A DNA stretch of 64,000 nt, taken from positions 22,196,001 through 22,260,000 of the forward strand of contig OX597819.1 in the NCBI GenBank assembly GCA_951406725.2, written 5' to 3'. The DNA comes from Octopus vulgaris. Lineage: Eukaryota. The number at the start of each line of letters is the position of its first letter. Within the stretch, counting starts at the first letter, position 1. Shown in pieces: positions 42,287 to 54,798 of the stretch. The position numbers and the translations under genes were made by a program. Below the pieces are notes generated by a model, which saw only the letters and a list, made by a program, of their open reading frames with translations, had not been told where the DNA came from and searched no databases.

Positions 42287-43025
42287 TTAACAATTAAGGA
42301 TAACTTCTTAATAAGGAATCTTAACAAGAAATTATCAGGTAGTTAGCGTGAAAAACCTCATAAGAGAAAAATTCGAAAATAATTTTTTCTTTTGAACATA
42401 TTAATTTATATTGTATAGAGGGCATTATTACACATAAATGCCTCACACTAAGAGGGACATAAGTCATTACTACCAAAATTTCACTAATCGTACCTCTTAG
42501 TGTGAGGCATTTATGTGTAAAAATGCCCTCTATACAATATAAATTAAAATGTTCAAAAGAAAAAATTATTTTCGAATTTTTCTCTTATGAGGTTTTTCAC
42601 GCTAACTACCTGATAATTTCTTGTTAAGATTCCTTATTAAGAAGTTATCCTTAATTGTTAAATTTATTCCGAAAAAACTTTTCCTATCCGACATGCAGTT
42701 CGAAAAAGCCCGCCATTTACCGAATATATGATTTATAAACATCTCCATGTGCTTCGCTGGAGAGAGCAGATGTCTGTTCGACTTCGCCAGGTAATGTTGG
42801 TCATTTATTTATGATGTGTTCAGAATCAGTTCTACTGATGAGCATAGACGCATTTTTTATGCGGTAAGTGTGAAATCACAGGTGATATAGAACAAAATTC
42901 ATTTTTTAAATGTCTTGCTTTGAAAAACTGCATTAGGTACGATTAGTGAAATTTTGGTAGTAAAGACTTATGTCCCTCTTAGAGTGAGGCATTTATGTGT
43001 AATAATGCCCTCTATACAATATACA
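42285..43025 (+). mobile_element. non-coding Penelope-like/retrozyme-like element: inverted segment plus ~480-bp unit with terminal direct repeat
   Basis: 42285-42494 is inverted relative to 42936-43022 and 42493-42664; ctcttag.gtgaggcatttatgtgtaa.aatgccctctatacaatata at ~42493 and ~42976. Confidence 0.8.
42829..42893 (+). ncRNA. intact-looking type I hammerhead ribozyme
   Basis: gttcta-CTGATGA-gcat...gtgt-GAAA-tcac-ag-gtga-TA-tagaac; 6-bp stem I, AUA cleavage triplet. Confidence 0.75.
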
Positions 43026-43054
43026 TATACATACATATATATATTATATATATA

Positions 43055-43932
43055 TTATGGGCGGAAAAGAACAACATGTTGCTAAACGAAGACAAATTCG
43101 AACTGATCCACTTTGGAAGGGAGGACGCTATGAAACTCCCATACTCCTTTCCTTCTGGAGAAATTCTCATGCCGTCTAACAACATCAGAGACTTGGGAGT
43201 AACAGTGGACAACAACATAACCTGGGCAACACATATAAGCAGCAAACTTGACATGGCCCGTAGAATGTGTTCCTGGATTCTCTGAACTTTCCAGTCGAGA
43301 GATTCCCACACCATTATCCTTCCCTTCTCCACGTTTGCTCGACCCCACCTGGAATACTGCTGTCCACTGTGGTCTCCCTAGAGGAAACAAAATATTATGA
43401 GAATTGAAGCTCCCGAAAGGTCAATCACAAAAAAGATTGATGGCATGTCAGACCTCGACTACTGGGGTCGACTAGAAAAGCTGAAACTGTATTCACCCCA
43501 ACGACGCCATGAACGCTACATTATCTGTATGATGTGGAAAATATTCCATCAGTACTGTAAAAATGATGTTGGCATCGCCTTCAAAATACATCCAAGGCTT
43601 GGACCACGTCCATCCGTCCACAACAAAAATCTAAATCGCATCTCATAACAACAATACGCCACAATTATTTCATCTCAATTGAACCCGCTCTCTTCAACAT
43701 TACACCAGGACACGTCAAAACAGAAACTGACCACACAAAATTCAAGAAGTCTTTGGACAAATTCCTTCAAACAGTCCCGGACAAACCACCCACACCCGGA
43801 TATGTCTCCGCAAACAATAACTCTCTGCTCGAATGGGCCTTGGTACCCAAATCCTGAATTGAAAGACTTCGCCAGGTGGAGCTATTAAGTTAGACATGGC
43901 CTGGGCCAATACTGGCCAAAACCTTTCTAAGT
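43055..43932 (+). mobile_element. CR1/L2-like LINE 3' end (different subfamily from 1-897)
   Basis: LNEDKFELIHFG, IRDLGV, RPHLEYCCPLWSP, YWGRLEKLKLYS. Confidence 0.85.
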
Positions 43933-44021
43933 TATATATATGTATATATACAGTACACTTCTTGAGTGTGTCTCTCTCTCTATATATATATATAGACACA
44001 CGCACACATATACATACATAC

Positions 44022-44057
<36 letters not shown>

Positions 44058-44060
44058 TTG

Positions 44061-44099
<39 letters not shown>

Positions 44100-44240
44100 C
44101 TGTGTGTGTATGTGTGTGTGCGTGTGTGTGTGTAGATAGATACCGGGGTGCTAATTCTAAGAATAAATCAAGCGATTATCTTTGCAAATCACTAGTTTCG
44201 ATTTTCATGTTCTAGAATAAACCTCCGATATGGAAACACA

Positions 44241-45420
44241 TACGAGGAAAGTTCATAGGCTGACAATGAAGGAGTGATAATAGAGCAGCGATAACTTGAA
44301 TGCATTAATTTCAAATCTTCATATAAATAACTGCTTGCCTGGTTTATTGATGTTTATTGCTTGTTTTTTTTTTCGGATAAACTGACATCTGAGTGATCAA
44401 AGTAGTTTTCAAAAATAATTATGATTTTTTTTCTTGAAAAGGAATGAATATTATCAAGTATTTGCAGTGAAGGAATCTGGTGCCGAGGATATTCCTGCTG
44501 GCATGATTGCTATATTTGGGGGTGATAACCCAGCTTTATCAACCAACAGTGCAAAAGTGGGCAGCTGAATTCAGGAGGGGAAGTGAGGGTCTTGAATATG
44601 ACCCAATGTTTGAACGTCCTGCAACTACCACCATCAACGAAAACATCGATAGTGTTCAACCCATGATAATGGATGAGAGGTAATTGACCATAAACCAAAC
44701 AGCCAATGAAATTCGCATATCCTATGAGAGAATTGATCATATTCCGAACATTAGACTTTGCATGATGGAGGTTTCGGCCCGGTGGGACTAACGTCATCTG
44801 ACACCTGATCAAAAGCGCAACAAGCTGATCACATCACGGGAATATCTGACATTGTATGAGGCAAATTCAACTGGTTTCCTTGAAATCAGGAGTGTATTAT
44901 ATTCATCACTTTTAGACAGAGTCAATGAAACATTCCATGTACTGGAAACACCCCTCCTCACCTGCTCCGAAGAAAGCCAAGGTGTTTTTTTTTTGCAAGG
45001 AAGACGAAGGTTTCAGGTTTTGAAAAGATGAAGATAGTGTGTTTATTGACTATCTTCAAAAGGGCAATACCATCGATAGAGAATACTAAGCGAAGTTGAT
45101 GCCGTTACGAAAGACTGTCAAGACCAAGCTCCCAGGAAAACTGACAAAAGATGTTTTGTTTCATCAGAACAGTACTGAAACACAGTCGTTATTTTCAATA
45201 GCTGATACGTGTGAATGTTGTTTAGAACCGTTTAATCACCCTTCCTATTCTCCTGTTGACGACTTTTTTGACGGATAAAAAGAAAACTTCTTCACCAATT
45301 GGATCGAAACAGAGAAGCTCTGATGAAATAAATGTGTTGACCGCTTGGGGTACTATAATGAATTTCATTCGGTCAAATATCTTTGAGAGTATCTTAGAAA
45401 GCCTATGAACCTTTCACACG
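44241..45420 (+). mobile_element. decayed mariner element
   Basis: gaaagttcataggc / gcctatgaacctttc inverted ends; LFHQN...NHPSYSP. Confidence 0.75.
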
Positions 45421-46014
45421 ATTCAGAAGACCGGTATCCCAGTTTCCATGGCGTTTAAGCGACGAAGATCCCTGTAAACGGGAGGTCTATCTATTACGGG
45501 TTTCAATGCCAGTAATTTTTGAGGAAATGAATCCAGTATATTTTGTCGATATTAGACTGCTCCCTGAAATTTCGTCCCTTCGAAGACGAAAAGCGGTGTT
45601 AAACACGGCATGATTTAATCTCAGTACGTAAAGATCTGGAAGAAATGCCGTTGAGAATTCTGTCCGAAATGCTAATGATTCTACTGCCAGCTCACCTGAA
45701 TCGTTAGAGCACGAGCTAAAATGATGTGTAGTGTTCAGTTACATTTCGTTACGCACTGAGTTCAAACCCTGCTGCGTTAGACATTAACGTTTGTCAATCG
45801 AGTTAAACCAACTAAGAGTCCATCGTTTATATCTTTGAGTTGTCGTACATCAGTTTCACAATTAATGCCGGCAGATGGTCAGTAATAAACAGTTGCCAAA
45901 CTTGGGCTGTCGCATTAAAAAATTATACAAACATAATATAAATCATCGTTGAGGTTTTGCTTTTTGAAAAGGTGTAATGAAGGGAGGATACAAAAATATT
46001 CTTTGGCAACTTAC

Positions 46015-46152
46015 ACACTTTTTGAACGGTTACTTTCCATTGCTTTTCATTTAGACGAATGCATCTTCTCACGTCACACATAATTTCTGTCTTTTCCTCC
46101 CAACTCTCTCCGAAACGGTAGCATTTACCATTCATTAAACATCCATGACACT
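46015..46152 (-). CDS. gene B exon 3: first Cys-rich module
   Basis: ttttatctag acceptor, gtaagt donor, 138 nt, phase 1/1, ECHGCLMNGKCYRFGESWEEKTEIMCDVRRCIRLNEKQWKVTVQKV. Confidence 0.88.
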
Positions 46153-46420
46153 CTAGATAAAAAATACACATATTAATATATCTACTAAAGAGTATGTTAT
46201 ATTGTGGATATTTCTTAACGTAAATTTATAATCAACTAGGAGAATGTAAACTTGATTCCAATAATATCCAACTTAGATAATATCCTTTGCTTCATTCCAA
46301 TCCGTATATGAAATACAGTCGGATCTTTTACTTCTTTTTCCAGTCCTGTTTTGATAGAAACAAATAATTGTGAGGAGTATAGTGATACCAATTTAATGAA
46401 CATATAGGTTGAGTGGCACA

Positions 46421-46660
46421 TAGGCGTAGAAGTGGCACTGTGGTAAGTAACTTGTTTACGAACCACATGGTTCCGGGTTCAGTCCCACTGCGTGGCACCT
46501 TGGGCAAGTGTCTTCTACTATAGCCTCGGGCCAACCAAAGCCTTGAAACTGAAAGACGCCTGTCGTATATATACTGGGGTCGATTTGCTCGACTAAAGGC
46601 GGTGCTCCAGCATGGCCTCAGTCAAATGACTGAAACAAGTAAAAGAGCTACCTAAAAGAG
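46421..46660 (+). mobile_element. family-B SINE (internally deleted)
   Basis: head and tail match 28800-29285. Confidence 0.85.
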
Positions 46661-46821
46661 CAAAGAGCAAGGGTTTCTCCTACTCACGTGCGTAGTTGAA
46701 GCGAACTGGTAAAGTGCAGGAAACACCGGTATTCAGGTTTTGGTGTAGCTGTTATTTGCTAGCTTACATACATCAATACTAAAAAATAGAACTAGTAACA
46801 ACAACAACAACAACAATAATA

Positions 46822-47290
46822 AGTACATTGTTTTGTCTTGGTATAAACGATGGACTACAGCAAATATTCTGCTCAATACCACAGATTTGCTTGTCAGTTG
46901 TTTGACCTTAACCATTTGAGCATGTCCCTTGGTGGTTGATGATATGTGCATTTCTGATCATGAGTAGAAGTAATGGAGGAGTATCATAGCGATGTGTTGA
47001 GAAGAATTCTTTGGGGTTTGAAAAATGTACTTTTGGAAACATGGGTGTTTCGTTCACCATCTATAAACAGCCCTTATACAGGGACCTATTGAGCGGGATG
47101 GGCTACTCGAGCTGATGAAAATTCTAACTGGGCCCCACATGTAAGGTCATGCGCTATTAAACTTGATATGAGATCACCATGTCATGCATATATGCTGTAC
47201 ACTTATTGGACGGGTAGTCATGAGAGGTGTACTGGGCTTCGTATATTTTACCTCAGTGTCACTTTGATGACATGCACTGCTGTCTCACTC
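46822..47290. mobile_element. (AAT)n-associated element
   Basis: aligns to 2784-3234; flanked by (AAC/AAT)n and (ACT/AAT)n. Confidence 0.8.
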
Positions 47291-47292
47291 AA

Positions 47293-47398
<106 letters not shown>

Positions 47399-47549
47399 GA
47401 AACCGCTCGAATACTCCGGAAGGTGCACAAAAAATAAGAGGTGTTACCTTAGTTCACTGGTAGTACATCTCCAGCCATAGTACATCTCCAGCGTTAGAAG
47501 CTGTGCAAAGGCAATAATAATATTAATGATGATAATAATAATAATAATA

Positions 47550-47584
<35 letters not shown>

Positions 47585-47749
47585 TAATAATAATAATAAT
47601 AATGATAATAATAATAATAATGGTTTCAAATTTTCCCACAAAAGCAGCAATATTTTGAGGAGGGAAATAGTCAATTACATGTATCCCATTGTTGTGGTGG
47701 GCAGTTTTTCAACGTGACCGGAAGTGCATAAATGTAAAAAGCCGATATC

Positions 47750-48110
47750 TGCTGTTACAGGAAGCTTTTTACACAAATTGTTCATTAGATATGGTATTCC
47801 TGATAGAATTTTGTCTGATAATGGAACTCACTTTATGTCAGATGAGTTCAGAAAAATTTGTAAAATGTTTGTCATCGACTACATGACGCTACTATGACCT
47901 TTTATCGTAGGTAAAATGGGCAAGTGGTGCGTCTTGTTGACACTTTCAAGAAGGCGTTGAAAAGGGCGAACAACGAAGTGATAGATGATTTTGCGCGTCA
48001 ACAATTTCTAAGTGTGTACAGAGTAACAACCAATCCGAATACACCATCAGGAATGTTACCCGCAGAATTGATGTTTGCTAGAAAGGTCAGATCCGAGTGG
48101 AAATAGAAAG
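47750..48110 (+). mobile_element. Gypsy-type integrase relic
   Basis: YGIPDRILSDNGTHFMSDEF...VDTFKKALK...YRVTTNPNTPSG..PAELMFARK. Confidence 0.8.
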
Positions 48111-49269
48111 AAAGTGAACAACAAAAATACCCGTTCCGGGGTTACGTGGAGAAAGGATGTAACTCTTTGCGAAGTAACTTTCAGAAATTGATTGTCCCCC
48201 TTACATCCATTTATCATTAAAAAACTATTGGTTTTCATATTAGATTCAAGTCTTTAAAAGCTTTTTAACATATATATACTTCCGGATGTTTAGTATCAAC
48301 GATGCCTGTATCTCTCTATCAATCTCTCCCGATCCATCTCTATTGCTCTATCTATATCTCTCCATATATCTTTATCTCTATAACTATCTATCTCTGTATC
48401 TCTCTGTCTATATCTTATCTATCTATATCTATTTTATTTGTCTAACTAGCTAACTCTCTCCCTCTCTCTATTTCTCACCCATTCTCTATTGTTTTCACTT
48501 TCATTTTTCTGACGCTATTGTTTTTACTTTAAGATCAATCACCATTGTTTTCACTGTAAGTTTCCAATCGCTGTTTACAAACAACAATAACAAATTAGTG
48601 ACAGAAAGAATTTCACAATTACTGATGAAAGTAATTTCATACATAATTTATAGACAGAAGTAACTTCATGAATTTCACTTTAATCGTATACTTCGTTAAA
48701 CTCGTCTACAAATTTCTTATTCACTTTCGCAACCTTTTGTCTTGACGAATTATTGATAAATATAAGTTCATAAGTTACTGACATAGGTAACTTTAAAAAT
48801 TTCACTTAAAACCGTACATTTAATATCCCTAAAAATTTCTTCTTTATTTTTGCAATAGCTTTGTGTATTTCTGTTGTTAACGGCTTTTTTTTCTGGTTCC
48901 CTCGATACTGGCTCTTTGGCTCACCGACAAGTTTCGCTTCAACCCGTACAATTCTTTATTTTTTGTAAAAAATTCTTTTTTTTTTTCTGCTCGTCGTATT
49001 AAGAAATATAATTTCCATTACCCCGTTATATTCATTGTTTACTATCTTATGCACCCGTCTATTTCTGTATACATATAAACACATGCCTAGAAAGTGTCAA
49101 ATTTCTTTACAATGTAAGAAGGAAAGGAAAGAAGATAAATTTAGTTATCCCTCCTTGGTGAGTTGTAATGCAAAAAGTGTATATATAACAAAACGAAAGT
49201 TAGAATGATCCATCCGGCCAAGCGTCTGCATTTCATTGCCAACTTGGTGAGGTGTACCTGAAAATAAGT

Positions 49270-50480
49270 ATCAGTACTCATGTCGCTGCCCTAGTCACGC
49301 ACTGTCTTTGATTCAGGGATTGCATCTACTCTTCGACCAATGTATCCTATCTGCATTTCATTCAGCTTCTGTGTTGGCAGCACAGGGCTTGGAATTTTCC
49401 AGTATTAAACTGCATGTTAATTCCCTCGGCCCACCTGTATACTGCATCCATCTCACATTGTAGATGCGCAACAACCCCAGTGTTCTGTATCCTCTGGGAG
49501 AGTTTTGTATCGTCTGCATAGCTAGCAGGAGTAGCTACTTGAGCAGCTAAGAGCATGTCAGAGAGGGCCCCTATGAAAAGCCACGGCCCCAAGACAATGC
49601 CATGTGGAACACCATTATTTGCGTTTCTTTAGAGGTGGCCACATTGAGTACTACAACCTAACTTCTATCCGTTAGAAAGTCAGGTGACCATTCTCCGAGT
49701 TTTCCAGCTAAGTCAAGATTATGCGGCTTGTGACAAATCATACCTTGGTCGACTTCGTTAAAAAGCTTTTGCGAAGTCGAGGTATATCACGTCCACACTT
49801 GAGTTGTTGAGAAGCTGCTTTAGCAACCAGTCGTAATGTTTCAAGAGCTGCGTCGAAAACCAATGCTGGGTATCAGTCAGCAAGTCATTCTCTTCAAGGA
49901 GTGCAATTAATTTCCTTCATACTATTCATTCCATGACTTTGCTGATGTGTGAGATCAGAGAGATAGGCCTATAGTTTTTAGCACCTGATCTGCTTCCTAC
50001 TTTACGGATAAGGCACATCTCCTCCTTTTGTTTGTCCGGAAGCTTACTATTTGAGAAGCTCTGAAAAAGTAGCTTCAATGTTTTTGCAAAGACTTTTTTG
50101 CATGACTTGAGAAGGATTGCTGGGAATCAACGAGGGCTTGCCACTGAGTTAGCATTTATATCATTTATTGTCGGCATTACATCCTTTTCTTCGATGCTGA
50201 TGTAATAAAGTGTTATTACCTCCTGTTCAGCTTCTGTAGTGGTAAAGCTTTCTACAGTTTTGCTAATTTTCATGTGTCGTAGCGGGGTGAAGACACTTTA
50301 AAACTGTTCATTCAGTGCTTCATTTATCCTCATTGGGTTTCTCGTGAGAGAGCTATCTTTTGCGAGAAGCGGGCCTACCCTGCAATGCAGTCTCCTTGGC
50401 ATACCTTAAGAAGGTTTTAGGGTCTAATTTTGTATTCCTTTTAACTCAGGCTTCTCTGTCTGATCTTACCTTCTCATGGG
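49270..50480 (-). mobile_element. CR1/L2-like LINE RT fragment
   Basis: YRPISL, DVIYLDFAKAF, SYADDTKL, MQFNTGKFQ. Confidence 0.82.
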
Positions 50481-50499
50481 TGTGTTTCAGTTGTTTCTC

Positions 50500-50866
50500 A
50501 ATCTGCAGCAGTGCTATTCCCAAGCTCTCCTTCCTCTTGAGTTTCTCACCAAACACAACATGGTATGGTTTCCACACCCAACCTATTCACCAGATTTAGC
50601 ACCTGCCGACTTCCGTCGCTTACCCAAGGTGAAAATGTCGCTAGATGGTCGCCGTGTTAACACTGTTTCCAAGATCCAGATCGAATTTCAGAAGGGCATC
50701 CGCTCTCTCTCGGAAAACGACTCCCAAAAGTGACACAAATGCTGGGATCACTCTATGGCTGCTTAAGGTGACTCTTTCGAAAAAGGATTGATGTTAAATC
50801 TTAGGCGAATAAATTCTCTTTTTAGTCAAAACAACTTGTCCTGGAACCTTTTGTAACTACCCCGTA
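50500..50866 (+). mobile_element. mariner 3' part
   Basis: PHPTYSPDLAPADF..LPKVK motif; TIR-like end before TA. Confidence 0.8.
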
Positions 50867-51021
50867 TATCAAGTCAGAATAATGGAAATCAAATATCGAT
50901 AAGTGCAACACAATTAAAAACAGGTAAAGAGTAACTGATTAAATCGATGAAAGAATTGGTGCTCAGGTAATTTTCAAATAGTTTAATTATTCAGTATTTC
51001 TATATCTCATTGGAAACTTAC

Positions 51022-51094
51022 CGATCCCAACTGCATCCATAACAGCTGTTAATGCAGTCAAAAACAACGAGCAAATGGGAAGTAGCCGTGTCAT
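51022..51094 (-). CDS. gene B exon 2 coding part: signal peptide MTRLLPICSLFLTALTAVMDAVGI
   Basis: ctttcag acceptor (exon starts 51100), ATG at 51094, phase-1 gtaagt donor in frame with 46152; flanks homologous to gene A exon 2. Confidence 0.85.
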
Positions 51095-51182
51095 ATTGAC
51101 CTGAAAGTGCAATTGAAAATAATAATCAAACAAGTAACCGTTTTCTAATTCAGAGAGAAAGGGAAGCAATACAAGTAGATAC

Positions 51183-51229
<47 letters not shown>

Positions 51230-51263
51230 TGTGTGTGTGTGCATGTACATAAGTGTAACTACT

Positions 51264-51317
<54 letters not shown>

Positions 51318-51337
51318 ATATAATATATATATATATG

Positions 51338-51444
<107 letters not shown>

Positions 51445-51485
51445 TATATATACAGATATACATATATATATACAGATATATATAA

Positions 51486-51531
<46 letters not shown>

Positions 51532-51700
51532 ACAAAATTTAGAGGAATGACCACTAATAGCGGACAGCCTGTATGCTAGAAATAAACGTCAAATTCGCCA
51601 TTTACCACGAAGAATGTGTTCTCAAGAAAAAATTCAGCAAAAGACCAAAGTGTAAAAATATGCACGACAAATGAAAATATGCAAAATAAAGAATGATTAC

Positions 51701-51775
51701 CTATGTACTAATTAGTTTCACTTGTTAATATTTACGTATATGGATACGTAAACATCTGCAAGATCGTCAGCATAG
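51701..51775 (-). ncRNA. intact-looking minimal hammerhead ribozyme in gene B intron 1 (sense strand)
   Basis: ctatg-CTGACGA-t-cttg...caag-t-GAAA-ctaattag-TA-catag; 5-bp stem I, palindromic stem III, GUA site. Confidence 0.75.
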
Positions 51776-51806
51776 TCTGTCGTTTACGAAACACAATTTC
51801 TAGAAC

Positions 51807-51851
<45 letters not shown>

Positions 51852-51852
51852 T

Positions 51853-51910
<58 letters not shown>

Positions 51911-51912
<2 letters not shown>

Positions 51913-52161
51913 TGTTTCTTTATTAGCCACACAGGGCTGCACACAGATAGAACAAATTACAAGGTAGAGCTTTTCTTTTGAAGGTAAAAAGGGGGGGTCG
52001 ATCAAAAGGGATCGTAAAAGGAGAGAAAGAGGACAAAAAAGGGGGGTTAAAAAAGGGGAGAGAAAAAAATTGATCAATAGGGATCGTTATCACAGAAATG
52101 TCAATATGAAGTGTAAAGGGGAGGACAGGTGAGGTTTACCCGTGGAAAGAAAAGCCTACGG

Positions 52162-52162
<1 letters not shown>
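51911..52162 (-). mobile_element. probable LINE 3' UTR fragment inserted in (GATA)n
   Basis: pyrimidine-rich minus strand ending AATAAAGAAAC directly before (TATC)n; (GATA)n on both sides. Confidence 0.5.
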
Positions 52163-52257
<95 letters not shown>

Positions 52258-52540
52258 GGATGGATGGATGGATGGATGGATACAAACGCACACTTACAGA
52301 AATATATTCACATACAGAAACAGAGAAAATACAATTAGTTTAGATACAGACCTCATATTTTCTTTTCCTAATAATTAAAACCATTTCAAGATACTTCCAG
52401 ATAACTTTGTATTAGACGCATTTCTCAAATTATGTATTATAAGAAAACATTGATGAACAAATACTGAGCTATATTTAAAAACAGTCATGTAATTATACAA
52501 ATACCTTATGAAAAAGAAATATGGATAAGCATTCACTTAC

Positions 52541-52585
52541 GTATGCCAATAGGAGAAAGCAGCGCAGAAAAATTGAAAAAAAAAT
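52541..52585 (-). other. gene B putative non-coding exon 1
   Basis: homologous to 8957-8997 with the same gtaagtgaa donor. Confidence 0.6.
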
Positions 52586-54633
52586 GACAAATGCGAAAAC
52601 AATGCCGCCAAAACAGCTGGTGACAATATATCTCCGTTTTTATTATCCTGAAATTCAATGGGTTAGTAACGACATGCTATAAAACACTAGCTGACAAATG
52701 AAGGGTTTTTTCTTTTTTAATATCCCGTAGAGTAGTGACACTGATTCCTATTTCTGGGCTTGAATTAAATATTCATTAAATAATTCAATAGTTGCATCAT
52801 GCGTCTTATCACATTCGATGTATTAAACACTACCTTCTGTTATATTTCGCTTTATGTTTTGATATTGCTAGAGACGGCTAAAATGTTGGTTATTGTTTTC
52901 CTCTAAAAAGAAAAAAAAAATGTGCATCCATCCGCACAGCATAGTATATATATCATAGTATATAAGCTCTTTTAAGAGCTTTGATTTTCTTGCGAATTCA
53001 ATTTTTTTTTAAACCTTACATTTCAAATAACTAATTTCAGACACAGGGATGTCTCAGCAACTGAGAAGGCACGCTGTAATTGTTGCCTTAAAAGCGCAGA
53101 ATAGTGGTATGGAGACAGCTCGTCTGCTGTAAATTTCTATTCATTTATTGTACAAAGTCCCAGAAATAATCGATGAAAACCTTAGATGTCACAATATTCA
53201 GTCGTTTTGTATCAACACGACACTTCCTCAATTTTTTTTCAAATTTGCAACCATTCTTGAATTCTCTTTTTCTTTTTATTCTGCTGTCAAGTATCGAGAC
53301 TACACTTTTCAGGGAGTTTAAATTTTCTGACATTCTCCTTTTCCACTAAGGTTTTTTCATTTCCTTTTCTTTCCGTCAATATCCTTTTCTCGTTGATCTT
53401 CAGTCTCATACTTTCTGCAACAGCCCAATTTCGAATTAAACCAGGTCCAACCCGCTGAAATAAGAAGACACCTGCTAGGCAGGACATCTTCAGCATTGGC
53501 TCCAGTCTCGTTCACATCATCAGCATTAGCTATTTTGATTGAGATTTTCACTTATAAATGAGGTGTAGCTTAAGCATACCATCGACCGGTATTTCTATCG
53601 AGATATCTGTAGCAAGGTTGCCCACCAAGGTATATCAGAGCATATGAGAAACGAAAATGGCAAACTGGGAGAAATAGAGAATTGTTCACAAGAATATACT
53701 ACTGTGTATTGTGCAGAGCTCATTTAAAAGATAAAGACCAGACGATAATAACAACACTTGGATGTATTAAATACAGAAGAGGGAGAATTTGTGATGTGAC
53801 TTTAAGAATGTTGACAAATGGAGACTAAATTGACCATCTTTCACCGCTCCTCTCTTAGGTGTATTTCCCTGTCTCTCTCTCTCATCATCATCTCTCTCTC
53901 TCTCTCTCTCTCTTTCTACTTCTATTTGTTGCCCATTCTTGATAAATCTCTCCTAACACAGTAGTGTATGCTCTTCAGCGCAAACTGCAAATTCACTTCT
54001 CTTTTCGGTATACTGATCGTTTCACCTCGAAATATTCTTTGAAGTATGCAAGTTCTCCTGATCTGGACTTGTATGTGCGGTAACCAGGAAGAGACCTTCC
54101 TGAACATCTCGGTTCGGACACGTAAAATATCGTTTTCTTCACATTCAGCACAAATTTAATGTATTTAGTATTGCTGCAGTTGCTTAGTATGTGCTGTCTG
54201 AGATAGATTAGGCAATATTTGAAGGCTGTCTGCACTGAACCCAAGCCTCTAAGTAGATTATCTCTTCTTAGGTAGACCCTGCCGATGGTACAATTTCTGT
54301 GGAGATTGCCAGATGATGTTCTTGTAGGTTTTCATGTCTATGGAATGCATTTCTTCTACAGACGAGTGATGAATCCATAATTTTGAAATCAGCACCGGTA
54401 CACCAAATGCAATGTGGGTTATTGTGTTGTTGGGAAAGGAGAGTTCCTACAGCTATATTTTTTCTAGATCTGGGAAAATACTTTTGGGTCACTCTGAACA
54501 CTTATCTTACAGAAAAACTAATTCGCAATTCATTTGCTGTACCAGACATGATACGAAACCTCTATGTGTATATATATCTATATGTGTGTATATCTCCATG
54601 TATATTTGTTTGTATATATATGTGTATAAAATA

Positions 54634-54696
<63 letters not shown>

Positions 54697-54798
54697 ACAT
54701 ATACACACACACATGTATATGTGTGTGCCTATGTAGGCTGCACCCAGTGGCCCGGGAACAAAATTTGTTTAGGGGGTGCAAACTCAGTTTCAAAATTT

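Noticed and set aside
53920-54540. Coding-looking short ORFs
   Set aside because: No recognisable motif or consistent splice structure; probably decayed TE
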